Shown here: piece by piece, positions 8,307-17,656 of the stretch
Layout of the letters: each line of letters opens with the position of its first letter
How positions within the stretch are numbered: position 1 is the first letter of the stretch
From: Candidatus Nealsonbacteria bacterium
Lineage (GTDB): Bacteria; Patescibacteriota; Minisyncoccia; Minisyncoccales; RBG-13-36-15
DNA: 64,000 nucleotides
Assembly: GCA_011050465.1 (NCBI GenBank)
Contig: DRFQ01000009.1
Location: 192,334 to 256,333 of the forward strand
Reading direction: 5' to 3'
Program-made: the position numbers and the translations under genes
Notes under the pieces: generated by a model
Told to the model about the DNA's origin: nothing
Seen by the model: only the letters and a program-made list of their open reading frames with translations
The model's database searches: none

Positions 8307-8330
8307 GGCGGTGTGATGTTATCGCACCGC
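8307..8330 (-). terminator. intrinsic terminator (family T2)
   Basis: 10-bp stem gcggtgtgat/atcgcaccgc. On the minus strand it is followed by cttttgtttt. It lies immediately after the stop of 8335-8916 and is near-identical to 15079-15102. Confidence 0.6.
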
Positions 8331-8334
8331 TTAC

Positions 8335-8916
8335 TTATTTATATCTCCTAAATGAAATAACAACGCTGTGAAGTTTGTGCTCTGAATAATCTCTCCGACA
8401 GAGCGACCATTTATTAATGCCCTTTAAAAATACTTCTTCAAAACCAGGATGGTATTTCCATGTCTTATCGCTTCCACAGCATCCACGATAAGATTCTCCA
8501 ATAAGAATATACTCTTTGACATATTTGGGCCTCCGAAAAGCAGGAGTCCAATCTTCTTGGTAAGGCATCCACGAGCAAATAACTATATTGGGCCTAAAAC
8601 GACGAATAGCCTCATGATAATCAAGAAGTTTTACTGGGGCAACGGGTACAATTTCCTCATACCCGTCATCGGTGGCTATTATATTAATTCCCCGCTTTCT
8701 TAGTTCTTCACTTAGTAAACCACTGCCAGCTCCAACTTCAAGGATTATTCTTCTGCTTTTCGAGATTTTTTTTCTTTCTTTTAAATAGTGCGCCAATGCA
8801 TCCACAAACTCTCTATTGAAAAACTGGAAGATAGGTTGTTGCGTGTTGAAGCAAGCGCTCCACCATTCAGTGTGGTTTCTAAGTAAAGCTACAGCTTCCT
8901 CAAAAGTAAGGAGCAC
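8335..8916 (-). CDS. class I SAM-dependent methyltransferase
   Basis: Motif I is ILEVGAGSGLLSEEL, followed by an acidic residue at the strand end (IIATDD). GTG start preceded by aaggaggt. Confidence 0.8.
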   Translation of the reverse strand: MLLTFEEAVALLRNHTEWWSACFNTQQPIFQFFNREFVDALAHYLKERKKISKSRRIILEVGAGSGLLSEELRKRGINIIATDDGYEEIVPVAPVKLLDYHEAIRRFRPNIVICSWMPYQEDWTPAFRRPKYVKEYILIGESYRGCCGSDKTWKYHPGFEEVFLKGINKWSLCRRDYSEHKLHSVVISFRRYK

Positions 8917-8990
8917 GACTTACCTCCTTCTGTGTTAAAAGAACTTTCCCCCTTCAACTAAACAAATTTTAACAATACTAGTAAAAAAAT

Positions 8991-9013
8991 CAAGTCGCCT
9001 TCTTGACGACTTG
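8991..9013 (-). terminator. intrinsic terminator (family T1 variant)
   Basis: 7-bp stem caagtcg/cgacttg around ccttcttga. The minus strand continues atttttttac. It lies just after the stop of 9017-10015. Confidence 0.5.
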
Positions 9014-9016
9014 CCA

Positions 9017-10015
9017 TTACCTTGCCTCTAAGAATTTTATATAGTATTCCTTTGGTTGTAAGTATTTATTTTTAAGATTAATAAATTCAGGATCTAATTC
9101 AGAAAGTTTTTTAAGATGATTATTTACCAGGATTAGAGGATCTACTGCTCGTGATTTGACTTGGGCATATAGGTCATAATTATTTTTATCACTCACTTTA
9201 TATTTAAATTTGTTATCCGCTCTCTCAATTAAACGAGCCAAATGATTGTCCTGAGCTGTCCCAGCCCTTATTTTTGTCCATACATTACTATCTGTTGTGA
9301 ACAAATCATCCTTACTGATAACTTGTTTATTAATAGCATACTTTAATAGTTCCCCCATAGTCTTAAGCATTACCGCAGATTCCAATCCTGACCAAAACCA
9401 ATTATTCATTTTTAGATATAACAAGGAGTATTCCCTGGCTAAATTCTTGTCTTTAAAAACCCAGAGGTTATCAATAATTACCAAATTATCCAGGAAATTG
9501 TTTATTTTTTCAAGGCTAACCTTTCCAGTCAATACAGCGTCTCTTAAAAAATAATCGATCCTATCTGCGCATAGATTTGGCAACGGACTTTCTTTTAAGG
9601 GGAAATTAGTTTCGTCCAAGATAAACTTATAATCAATTCCGTATCTGTTTAAAATTTCAGGAATTTTTGAATTTTCGATAAATTCTTGGTGGTAACTATC
9701 CTGAAAATCATGGCTTACTTCAGAACCATAAACATAGTCCCCTACGTGAGAGAATACGGTATGAGAAACATCATGGATTAAACCGGCGACCTGTTCCTCC
9801 AGGGAGGCTCCAAATCTTTTAAGCAAGATTAATACACCAACCGAATGTTCAAACCTATCGCATTTAGTGTCGGGAAAATATGGTTCAAAATGTCCGTGCT
9901 GATCTATACCTTTCAGTCTTTGCATACTTTTGCTTTTCATTAATTCCAGAATAATCGGTTCCCCTATCTCATTTTTTCCATAAATTCGATCTTTATACTC
10001 CATAATATATCTCAT
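9017..10015 (-). CDS. HD-domain metal-dependent phosphohydrolase
   Basis: DRFEHSVGV ... GLIHDVSHTVFSH carries the H...HD...D signature of HD superfamily (COG1078-like) proteins. Confidence 0.8.
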   Translation of the reverse strand: MRYIMEYKDRIYGKNEIGEPIILELMKSKSMQRLKGIDQHGHFEPYFPDTKCDRFEHSVGVLILLKRFGASLEEQVAGLIHDVSHTVFSHVGDYVYGSEVSHDFQDSYHQEFIENSKIPEILNRYGIDYKFILDETNFPLKESPLPNLCADRIDYFLRDAVLTGKVSLEKINNFLDNLVIIDNLWVFKDKNLAREYSLLYLKMNNWFWSGLESAVMLKTMGELLKYAINKQVISKDDLFTTDSNVWTKIRAGTAQDNHLARLIERADNKFKYKVSDKNNYDLYAQVKSRAVDPLILVNNHLKKLSELDPEFINLKNKYLQPKEYYIKFLEAR

Positions 10016-10025
10016 TTTATCAAAA

Positions 10026-10044
10026 AACCGCCTTCTTGGCGATT
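10026..10044 (-). terminator. hairpin of family T1 (aaccgccttcttggcgatt)
   Basis: On the minus strand this reads aatcgcc-aagaa-ggcggtt (7 bp including one G-U) followed by ttttttg. The same sequence recurs at 16108-16127 and 17328-17348, with variants at 13727-13800, 20929-20951 and 23372-23418. Confidence 0.5.
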
Positions 10045-10170
10045 CAAGAATTTAAGTATACCCTGCCCTGCTACTCACTATTTTTAAACTGCGGATGCCT
10101 GGAGAATTGTGGGGTTATAAAAGAGGCACCAACCTATTGCTGATGCCTTTGTCAATGAGTATCCAATAAG

Positions 10171-10461
10171 CTATCGTTCTGCGTAATCATACCTAACGCT
10201 TGCGATTGCTTCTTTAATGGCAATTATGATCTTTGTGACCTTGCCGTCCAAGATTGCTTCTCGCCATTCATCGGTAACAGTCTGAGTGATTGGTCCTTTA
10301 GAAGTAGAAAGTGTCATCGTGTTCTGGTTCCCATCACGGGGCGGTTTAGACATATCTCTTGGTGAATCTTCCAGGACTCCCAAAACATCTATTTCTTCTT
10401 GTCTTACACCTAGCTCTTTTTCCAGGTGTTTTCCCCAACCATCAAAGAAGTGGTTGCTCAT
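10171..10461 (-). CDS. hypothetical protein
   Basis: 96-aa ORF with SD aggaggg 5 nt upstream of the ATG. No recognisable motif. Confidence 0.5.
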   Translation of the reverse strand: MSNHFFDGWGKHLEKELGVRQEEIDVLGVLEDSPRDMSKPPRDGNQNTMTLSTSKGPITQTVTDEWREAILDGKVTKIIIAIKEAIASVRYDYAER

Positions 10462-10693
10462 CTTTTCCCTCCTAACTGATTGTTAAGGATTCTATGAGTA
10501 ATCCTATAATTCTCATATTAAAAGTCAAGTCAGAGGCTCTTCAACAAATTCAGGTAAAATTAACTCTCTTTAGAAACAAAAAGGCGGAGTGCAATTTGCC
10601 CCCGCTCTTTGATTCTAAAAAACTACCATTTCTCTGACCAAGTGTTACCTCCGAGATAGTTACCGTCAGAGTCATAAGCAAAATAAAGCGTTG

Positions 10694-10768
10694 CTATGCA
10701 CCATAATCATCTTTTCTTGGAAAAGATACTTCTACCCGTAATTTCTCAGTATGATCGTATGGCGTCAT
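10694..10768 (-). CDS. possible 24-aa micro-ORF
   Basis: Not in the ORF track. ggaggag lies 7 nt upstream of an ATG; the peptide is MTPYDHTEKLRVEVSFPRKDDYGA. It sits 28 nt downstream of 10797-11186. Confidence 0.25.
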   Translation of the reverse strand: MTPYDHTEKLRVEVSFPRKDDYGA

Positions 10769-10796
10769 TTCCTTTCTCCTCCGTGCGTGGCTATTT

Positions 10797-11186
10797 CTAA
10801 CGGACCAGGCTAGTTAAAGACTCTACACGTACCAGAATATCTGATGAATGGGAAGGAAAATGAACCATCCCATCTACTTTTTCTATTAACTCTTTCGCTT
10901 GCTCAGGATCATCATGGGTGAAGAATACTACAATTGGCGTATTGAAAGATACTTCTTCTTCTGGGGTTCTTTCTCTGATTTTCGCTATCAAATCTGGAGA
11001 TTGAGAAACAAGAGACGCTTCCAGAACAATAGCGTCATAGACCCAGAGTTCCCTTATTTCAGGAGGAGGAAGCATTTCAATTATTTCTTCGGGTGAATGC
11101 CTAATTTCTACCCTATGTCGTGTGGCCAGTCCTAAAGAGTAATAATGTTTTTGCTCGGAATCGGTTATTCCCATCAGTATTCTCAT
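10797..11186 (-). CDS. hypothetical protein, possibly a degenerate receiver-like alpha/beta fold
   Basis: The start is moved to the ATG at 11186 (MRILMGITD) because the track's TTG start lies inside the SD gaggagg. The fold guess rests only on an alternating beta/alpha pattern. Confidence 0.4.
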   Translation of the reverse strand: MRILMGITDSEQKHYYSLGLATRHRVEIRHSPEEIIEMLPPPEIRELWVYDAIVLEASLVSQSPDLIAKIRERTPEEEVSFNTPIVVFFTHDDPEQAKELIEKVDGMVHFPSHSSDILVRVESLTSLVR

Positions 11187-11326
11187 GTCGTAACCTCCTC
11201 TCTTACTCAATCTCTATTGAATTGACAAGGTGCCGCCTCCTTTGTATCTTATACTTTAATGGGCTTTATTAAAAAAGGCAAGCCGAGATGACAACCCGTG
11301 GGCGATGGACTATGAGTTATAATTTT

Positions 11327-12079
11327 TTAGAGATTATCTCCTTTTTGCCATTGAATTGCTTTAAGCAAGGGAGCGTAAATATCATCGTCTCTATCTATGT
11401 CTAACGGATTAGAATCTGTGGGGTTAAATTCTTCAAATCTTATAAAATTAATATCTTCTATAATCGCAATTGGAGTTTGTTCGTTACCTTCTCCCATAAT
11501 AAAAACAGCTGAGGCAGCTAAAGAATCGGCTATATTAGATTGAGAAACTTCCATTTCTCTGCCGAATATATCTTTAGTTCCCCGATAGTCTTTTACGGGA
11601 AAAAAACCATAATAGGCTATTGAGATTCCCGTAGTTCCGCACCTTGAGGGGGTGCAATGACTATCAGCGATAATTATTCCGAAATTATTTAAATGATAAT
11701 TTTCTTTAATAAAACTATAAATTTGTTTTGCTGCCTGAAATGGTTTCTTTGGCCATAAAATAAAATATCCGTTGCCATTACTTTCATCAATGCCTGCTGT
11801 CGGGATTAAGACATTATCTTTCATTGTCAACATCACATAACCTTTGGGCACTTTGTCTCTATCAAGATACAAATCAGCTTCTTTTTTAATTAAGTCATCT
11901 TTGTTTTTAATTGAATCAATCTTCAGGCATTGCCCTTGCCAGATAGAAACGATTTTGGAAGCTAAAACTATTATTGATTTTTCTTTTAAATTTAAATCTG
12001 AAAAACTTTCCTTGATAAGAGAAAATAAATCATCTTTAGGGGGCATAAATGGCCTGGTTTTGATTGATTTAACGAACAT
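11327..12079 (-). CDS. CofE-like F420-0:gamma-glutamyl ligase family protein
   Basis: IVLASKIVS..., PTAGIDESNG, IIIADSHCTPSRCGTTGISIAYYG and IADSLAASAVFIMGEGNEQTPIAII match the conserved blocks of the CofE family. Confidence 0.7.
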   Translation of the reverse strand: MFVKSIKTRPFMPPKDDLFSLIKESFSDLNLKEKSIIVLASKIVSIWQGQCLKIDSIKNKDDLIKKEADLYLDRDKVPKGYVMLTMKDNVLIPTAGIDESNGNGYFILWPKKPFQAAKQIYSFIKENYHLNNFGIIIADSHCTPSRCGTTGISIAYYGFFPVKDYRGTKDIFGREMEVSQSNIADSLAASAVFIMGEGNEQTPIAIIEDINFIRFEEFNPTDSNPLDIDRDDDIYAPLLKAIQWQKGDNL

Positions 12080-12164
12080 AAGGATTAATAGCTTTTATTA
12101 AAAATCAAGGCCTTTTTATTTTACCATAAAAAGGCCGTATCTAAAGACAAAGAATAGACAGATT

Positions 12165-12848
12165 TTAAGCGTGAGATTTAAAGAATCTTGGAGAAATAAG
12201 ATAATTTTTGTTAACCAGGGGTCTTAAAATATGAACTCCTTTAATCGCAGTTAGTTTGTCCAACACGGTATTCATCACCAAATAACTTGCCCAAATGCCT
12301 ATGGTAAAGAAACCACGCTCAATAAAAACTACAGGAATTAAGGCCAACCAAATCTGAGGGGTCAAGCCAAAAGCGTAGAGAAAAATTGTTGAACCGACAG
12401 CGTGGGCAGTAAAAGTAGCACCCAAGCTATTTAAAATTAACCTTTTCTTTCCAAATGTAGCAGCTAAAGGAATTAGCCAAATAAGAGGAAAAAGCCAGGC
12501 TTGTTGGCCAATAGGATGAACTAAAAATAAAATAATGCAAATAGGAAAAATTATAGCCATCTTTTTTCCTTTCATTCCAAAGTAAACGGCCGCCAGCATC
12601 ATCGGCAGAAAACGCATAACAGTCAAGAAATCTAAAGTTTGCTGAGTAATAATTATATTTGCCCCTCTGACGATAAAAGCTGAGAGGGCACCAAAAAACG
12701 GTCCCAAAAACATTCCACCAAGAGGAGCAATAAGTTCAAAAAGAGTAAAGTTTTGGTCTGAACCGATAATCCCGGAAATAGGAATCTGAAAAACAATTAA
12801 ACTTAAAACAATAAAGATGATTAGAAATAAAACTTTCTGTTTAGCCAT
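12165..12848 (-). CDS. polytopic membrane protein (6-7 TM), function unknown
   Basis: 227 aa and hydrophobic throughout. A vague ECF S-component-like appearance only. Confidence 0.55.
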   Translation of the reverse strand: MAKQKVLFLIIFIVLSLIVFQIPISGIIGSDQNFTLFELIAPLGGMFLGPFFGALSAFIVRGANIIITQQTLDFLTVMRFLPMMLAAVYFGMKGKKMAIIFPICIILFLVHPIGQQAWLFPLIWLIPLAATFGKKRLILNSLGATFTAHAVGSTIFLYAFGLTPQIWLALIPVVFIERGFFTIGIWASYLVMNTVLDKLTAIKGVHILRPLVNKNYLISPRFFKSHA

Positions 12849-13148
12849 TTTCTATTAGTTAATAATTAAAAACTCATTTTTATTATATGATAGAGTGTAA
12901 TTTTCGTAAAGGCAATTCGGTGTATCAATTTAGAAACAAAAAGGCGGTTTGGCTTTATGTCACACCGCCTTGATTAATATTTTTCGCCAACGCAATTTGG
13001 GCTACTGCCGCTCCACAGAAACGATGAAGACGGGGTACTACTGATAGGTCGGTCAACTCAGGGTAGGCCGCGCTCAAGGTGGCTGGCCATCGTAAAGGAT
13101 GCTAGAACCGTGCTTCAGAGATTAGATAGATATGTTTGTATTTCAGAC

Positions 13149-13715
13149 TTAAGCTCTGTTTAATTTTTTGTATAACATTCTTGGGTAGCCCATTTCCTTC
13201 TGAATCTCGTATTCAACATTCAAGTTATTCAGAAAATCAGAACAGGCTTTTCTTGTTTTGTCTACACCACCAAAATCCTTTTTTGCTTCAACTTCCATAA
13301 AATCACCCAAATCTTCAATCTCGTCCAAGGTTACCTCAAAATCACCACAATCAAAGTATTTTCGTGTCTTTTTAACAGTAACTTTAAGAATCAATCCAAT
13401 TTTCTTAAAAATTTCCTCAGCAATTTCTGGTTTATCAACAAAGGTTTCGTATTCATCTGTTGACCTTAACCAACCGTCCTCACTAAAATGCAAAAAAGAA
13501 TAATTTAGATGATTTCTGCCTTCTTCATATCTTACCCTTAAATATTCGTCTGGCATATTTTTAGCAAAAAAATCTCTCTGTGGCGGCACAAAGTATTTAT
13601 CAATTTGTTTGCGAGACTTAACAAATTTCCCTACTTCATTTAATCTCTTTTCAATCTTTTCTGGGTTTTTAATTATAACTTGGATTTCAACTTCAACGTT
13701 TTTCATATAATTCAT
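13149..13715 (-). CDS. CYTH-domain protein (CyaB / thiamine-triphosphatase-like)
   Basis: The N-terminal VEVEIQV sits where the ExExK motif would be. LRVRYEEGRNHLNYS and FEVTLDEIEDLGDFMEVEA are typical CYTH strands. Confidence 0.7.
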   Translation of the reverse strand: MNYMKNVEVEIQVIIKNPEKIEKRLNEVGKFVKSRKQIDKYFVPPQRDFFAKNMPDEYLRVRYEEGRNHLNYSFLHFSEDGWLRSTDEYETFVDKPEIAEEIFKKIGLILKVTVKKTRKYFDCGDFEVTLDEIEDLGDFMEVEAKKDFGGVDKTRKACSDFLNNLNVEYEIQKEMGYPRMLYKKLNRA

Positions 13716-13930
13716 CTTACCAAAAAAACCGCCTTCTTGCCCACCTAAATTCGCCGCAGAGGCGAACTTGGGCGGGCTTAGCGATTTTTTAGCTTAGCTT
13801 GGCGGTGGAACGTAATTCGAGCTTGATCTTGGGTAACTTACCCAAACGACAAAGCCCACTGAATCGCTTCACGTTCCTTTTGCGTTAAGCAAAAGTTCTA
13901 AGCGAAATCGAGAGAGTCCACTTTAGCCAC

Positions 13931-14110
13931 CTACTCACTAACACATGTACACAATACTTCCGCTTGCCCACATCCAGCACACTTAGGCATACAATGACGG
14001 TCAGATGGTGGATCACCATGCGTATGGCCGGAATCATGCTGATCCGCATCCTCACCGCAGATTGCACACTTCCAGTTCTCGGCAGGACTATTACATTTTG
14101 CACATTTCAT
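13931..14110 (-). CDS. 59-aa Cys/His-rich metal-binding-type protein
   Basis: Not in the ORF track (below the size cutoff). SD aggag lies 10 nt upstream of the ATG. The peptide is MKCAKCNSPAENWKCAICGEDADQHDSGHTHGDPPSDRHCMPKCAGCGQAEVLCTCVSE. It replaces the implausible 72-aa ORF in another frame. Confidence 0.55.
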   Translation of the reverse strand: MKCAKCNSPAENWKCAICGEDADQHDSGHTHGDPPSDRHCMPKCAGCGQAEVLCTCVSE

Positions 14111-14162
14111 ATTTTTTCATCTCCTTTCTTAATTATCTAATTATCGACCTTTTAATTATAAT

Positions 14163-14366
14163 TTAACATTCTTTATAAATTTTTAAAACTGTTGGGTGGA
14201 GGCTCCGAAACCCAAATTTTTTAATCACATTCTCTTTAGTATCTTTTTTAGCAACGTAAATATAAAACCAACCTCTGTGATTGGTATTCTTTGTTCTTAC
14301 CTCAATCTTTTTCTTCCCGGAGACAAGCAACTCTGCCCAAGGTTGGCTCATTGTGAGACCATTCAT
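14163..14366 (-). pseudogene. ASCH (PUA-like) domain protein, apparently truncated
   Basis: MSQPWAELLVSGKKKIEVRTKNTNHRGWFYIYVAKK matches the N-terminal strands of ASCH domains. The ORF ends after 67 aa, whereas typical ASCH proteins are 100-150 aa. Confidence 0.4.
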
Positions 14367-14498
14367 ATTTTACTATTTTTTCCCCACCCTGCTACTCACT
14401 ATTTTTTAAATCAAAACAGCCCAGCGATATGATTTCCCATATTATCTTGCTTCTCTTTTAAATATAAAACTATCAAATCAATACTTCAATCAAAACTT

Positions 14499-14765
14499 CT
14501 ATTCAGTTTTTCCTAACTTTCCGGTTAATTTGTTATATAACCAGCCGAATTTGTAGATCAAGATGAAGCTAATAACGGCTGCTTCAATTATGCCGGCGAT
14601 TATTCCACCTATACTTAACGAGAAAAAAATGTGCCACTGTTGCATCATTTCGACAGCTCCGGTATACATTCCTAAATTGCCAAGTATTCCCAGTAATAAC
14701 ATAATTAATGCAGAAATGATCGCTGCTGCATATCCTAGTGCCAATGGATTTAATTCTTTATTCAT
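14499..14765 (-). CDS. small two/three-TM membrane protein
   Basis: 88 aa with glycine-rich TM helices (LLLGILGNLGMYTG, IGGIIAGIIEAAVISFILIY). Confidence 0.5.
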   Translation of the reverse strand: MNKELNPLALGYAAAIISALIMLLLGILGNLGMYTGAVEMMQQWHIFFSLSIGGIIAGIIEAAVISFILIYKFGWLYNKLTGKLGKTE

Positions 14766-14997
14766 ATTTTCCGAGATTAAATTATTAAATATAAATACGA
14801 CCTTTTTTTCTTTATTTCATTATACCTCCCTCTCTGCAAAACAAAAATCCCGAGGTCACATACCTCGGGCATGAGGCGGCTCGGTCCCCCTTCGCCAAGA
14901 TTACGGACGGATAAATCCTCCTTCGCTAAAGCTACGGAGGAACAAGTCGGGGCTATTTTAAGCTAAAACCTGTCCCGTAGTAAGCTCTGCTTTACTA

Positions 14998-15070
14998 CCG
15001 GGATGAGACAAATGGGACATTACTTGGGGGTATATTTTGGTGTCTCATTTTGGGTATACCCTACTACAAA
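14998..15070 (-). repeat. modular repeat, copy D (H2 module only)
   Basis: ccgggatgagacaaatgggacat...tatattttggtgtctcattt...taccctactac aligns with the right part of copies A-C. Confidence 0.7.
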
Positions 15071-15078
15071 AACAAAAG

Positions 15079-15102
15079 GCGGTGTGATATTTATCGCACC
15101 GC
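15079..15102 (-). terminator. intrinsic terminator (family T2)
   Basis: gcggtgtgat-attt-atcgcaccgc. On the minus strand it is followed by cttttgttttt. It lies after the stop of 15123-15335. Confidence 0.6.
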
Positions 15103-15122
15103 TTAGGTTATTGATGTCTGGG

Positions 15123-15335
15123 TTATGCAAGCCTTATTGATTTATCCTTGAAAAGAGTTACTGTGTCATCTACTGGTATATAGCCTCCTCGCATATTAGC
15201 GGTCGGCTGGAGCGGCCTAACGGGGATACATTCCTTTTCCTCAATAATATTAATTGGCCCTGGTAACCTTTGAAATACTCTCCAGTCAGGTGGCCATTTA
15301 AACCAAGCGTTTTCAGCGAGTTCTCTTGCCTTCAT
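15123..15335 (-). CDS. hypothetical protein
   Basis: 70-aa ORF, last gene of a tightly spaced trio (15579-16031, 15361-15564, 15123-15335). Confidence 0.45.
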   Translation of the reverse strand: MKARELAENAWFKWPPDWRVFQRLPGPINIIEEKECIPVRPLQPTANMRGGYIPVDDTVTLFKDKSIRLA

Positions 15336-15360
15336 TCTTTCACCCTTTCTTCTTGGAAAT

Positions 15361-15564
15361 CTACTCGGTATCTTCTAATTTCCATTTAGTTTCACCACCT
15401 CGTCTTTCAAGGCAGTAAACTTGGCAGAGAGCTCCTAATGATTGGGCGACTCCATTAACGTGTAGCCCTGTCCTTTTTGCAATTTGTCTTGTTGTGGCTG
15501 TTCCGCCTAATTCTTTTAGAGCTGCTAATATCTCTTTTTGGCGTTTTTTGAGAGATGCCATCAT
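15361..15564 (-). CDS. small winged-helix DNA-binding protein
   Basis: KEILAALKELGGTATTRQIAKRTGLHVNGVAQSLGAL...RRGGETKWKL reads as an HTH plus a wing. SD aaggagg. Confidence 0.6.
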   Translation of the reverse strand: MMASLKKRQKEILAALKELGGTATTRQIAKRTGLHVNGVAQSLGALCQVYCLERRGGETKWKLEDTE

Positions 15565-15578
15565 TCTTCCTCCTTCTT

Positions 15579-16031
15579 TTAATTCTCTGGGAAATGGAAT
15601 TGTGATAAGTCTGGACTCCAGTAAGAAATAATTAACACGGGGTGATTATTCCCGATAGAATTCAACACTTCCCTGGTTTCGTTTTCCCATCTGGAATCGC
15701 TTGGTTCTAAATCCTCTGAATCAAGACAGGTCGTAGCTTTATCTTTACTTAAAAAAAGAGCAATTATCGGAGTGGTCTTTCCTCCATAAAACGCAATATT
15801 TACCTCTTCTGGTTTTTGGGGTGACCTTTCAATTCCTCTTGGATGATCTTCATCATATAGGATAATTCCACAAGGAGTAATGCCCACATATCTACCATTC
15901 TTAAGTCTTTGTCCGACAGAAATCTTACTTTCCCCTCTTAATACGATTTTCTCAATGATAGGGATACCTTCTTCATCTTTTTCGTCTTTCACCAAATAGA
16001 CAGATGTAGTTGTTACTGCAAAGAACTCCAT
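15579..16031 (-). CDS. hypothetical protein
   Basis: 150-aa ORF with SD aaggaggg 5 nt upstream of the ATG. No recognisable family. Confidence 0.55.
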   Translation of the reverse strand: MEFFAVTTTSVYLVKDEKDEEGIPIIEKIVLRGESKISVGQRLKNGRYVGITPCGIILYDEDHPRGIERSPQKPEEVNIAFYGGKTTPIIALFLSKDKATTCLDSEDLEPSDSRWENETREVLNSIGNNHPVLIISYWSPDLSQFHFPEN

Positions 16032-16107
16032 TTTTACCCTCCTTTTTTGTACACTAGGACTATCTTTAGTTTAATCAGATTTGATAAAAAATCAACCCTT
16101 ATCAAAA

Positions 16108-16127
16108 AAACCGCCTTCTTGGCGATT
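16108..16127 (-). terminator. hairpin of family T1
   Basis: aaaccgccttcttggcgattt with a T-run on the minus strand, downstream of 16221-16529. Confidence 0.5.
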
Positions 16128-16220
16128 TTTAATACTAGGGTCATCTAGCGGATGAGATTAGAACCTGTTTAGTAGGTTAAAAACAAAAAAGCCCCGAAGG
16201 GCTTAACGGTTGTTTCTTTT

Positions 16221-16529
16221 TTATTCTTTTATTGGTGCGAGGATGGCATTAAGAACATTGCCTGGAAAATGGCAGTTCGGACAATCGTGGGGGATAATAT
16301 TGCTTGAAAAGCAACCCTCTCTACGGCTTGCAGTAAATACAAACTGGCAATAAGGGCATTGCCTCTGTAAGATACTTAAGGCTACACCGCCAGGATGATA
16401 TTCGCCGCCAGTATAAGCATCAACTGCTGCGCTTTCGTTTAGAATGGTAAAATCTTTTTTCAACAAATCGTTCAATTCTGCTCTGTTTTTCGGCAGTTCG
16501 GGTATCGCAGGTTTCACGCTATCCAGCAT
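16221..16529 (-). CDS. hypothetical protein with C-terminal zinc-ribbon-like CxxC pairs
   Basis: CPYCQF ... CPNCHF motifs. SD gggaggtg upstream of the ATG. Confidence 0.55.
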   Translation of the reverse strand: MLDSVKPAIPELPKNRAELNDLLKKDFTILNESAAVDAYTGGEYHPGGVALSILQRQCPYCQFVFTASRREGCFSSNIIPHDCPNCHFPGNVLNAILAPIKE

Positions 16530-16648
16530 TTATGCACCTCCCTTAATGACTAAATGAACTAAGTTAATTTTATATAAATTAATTTATTTGTCAAGTAAAA
16601 AAGCTCCAAAAAGGGCTAAAAAACAAATATTTATTTAGAAACAAAAAG

Positions 16649-16670
16649 GCCTCTGGCTAGTGCCTGAGGC
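16649..16670 (-). terminator. intrinsic terminator (family T3)
   Basis: gcctctggc-tagt-gcctgaggc (one mismatch). The minus strand continues cctttttgtttctaaa. A related copy lies at 23003-23026. Confidence 0.5.
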
Positions 16671-16690
16671 TGAAAAAAGATAATGAAGGT

Positions 16691-16933
16691 TTATTTTAGA
16701 TACGAGAGTATTTGAATGGCAGTGATACCAAACGCTATCATCCCAAAAGAAAATGTTATATCTTGTCTTCGAGTTTCTATCCAGCAGATAATCACTACTA
16801 TATATAAGATTCCTATTAAAGCGAAATTCGAAAAATCAAGATTGAGGGCAAGATTAGCTGTTGCCAAGATAATTGTCAAAAGAAAGAGTATAAATGCAAT
16901 AAACGGAAACGGCTTTCTTCTTTCTCGTATCAT
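16691..16933 (-). CDS. small three-TM membrane protein
   Basis: The start is moved to the ATG at 16933 (MIRERRKPF) because the track's TTG start lies inside the SD ggaggtgg. Confidence 0.5.
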   Translation of the reverse strand: MIRERRKPFPFIAFILFLLTIILATANLALNLDFSNFALIGILYIVVIICWIETRRQDITFSFGMIAFGITAIQILSYLK

Positions 16934-17110
16934 TTCCACCTCCAAGTTGGGAAAGGGCTATATTAGAGGATGAGGTTGATTGGCAAATAGATAATTGGGG
17001 GTGTGGCCCTCCTTTCTTTCACCTCCCAACCCCATCCGTAGTTAATTTAACTTAGATTAGAATTGTTGTCAAAACAAAAACCCCTACTACTAAGTAGGGT
17101 GTTATACTTT

Positions 17111-17315
17111 GCTGGCATCCTCGGTCTAGAACCCACAATTTAAGAGGAAATTCGGAGGTTTGAGGCGTGTCTCATTGACGCGTCTCGGTCAGGGTGTCCC
17201 GCCCTCTAAGCAAATAGATAAACATACAGCATAGAGGGCCGGGATGAGACAAATGAGACACTATTTAAGGGTATATTTTGGTGTCTCATTTCGGGCGTTC
17301 TATACCCTGCTACTT
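17111..17315 (-). repeat. modular repeat, copy A (full: L + H1 + H2 modules)
   Basis: ctggcatcctcggtctagaacc...gtgtctcattgacgcgtctcggtc, then hairpin cccgccctcta...tagagggccggg (17198-17243), then aaatgagacac-n19-gtgtctcattt (17251-17291). Confidence 0.8.
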
Positions 17316-17327
17316 AATATTTCTTAA

Positions 17328-17348
17328 AAATCGCCTTCTTGGCGATTT
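17328..17348 (-). terminator. hairpin of family T1 (perfect 8-bp stem)
   Basis: aaatcgcc-ttctt-ggcgattt. Confidence 0.5.
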
Positions 17349-17656
17349 CTTTTCATAACTGGGAGTCGTGGTACAGAACTAGCCGGTTCGTACCTACACC
17401 GTATCATATGGTACTGGGGTGGACGATTTTCCTTGTCCGTCCGAAGTCCCGCAAGGCGGGACGAAGAAGGAGAACAACAAATTGGGTGGAACTTATCCTC
17501 TATCCTCAATTAACTTTATTACAATCTCAAGAATTATTATCCCCTACCTAATATTTTTGGTAAATCCTTCAATTTAACCGTGATGCTTCACGAAATGTGA
17601 AATCGTGCTCAAGAATTTCTGTCAAAGAACTCTTCGATTCCCCCTGAGGAAAACCA

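Noticed and set aside
13885-14103. 72-aa ORF from the track.
   Set aside because: It has no SD and an implausible sequence. A different frame on the same strand gives an SD-preceded Cys/His-rich 59-aa ORF (13931-14110).
17111-17135. tRNA-like 3' end in the repeat L module (reverse complement ggttctagaccgaggatgcca).
   Set aside because: No complementary T-stem or acceptor stem can be drawn, so it is not a tRNA or tRNA fragment.
17324-17551. 61-aa and 70-aa ORFs on opposite strands.
   Set aside because: Both lie in a repeat-rich noncoding gap (T1 hairpin plus a GC-rich repeat). The peptides are typical repeat translations (SRKAGRRRR).
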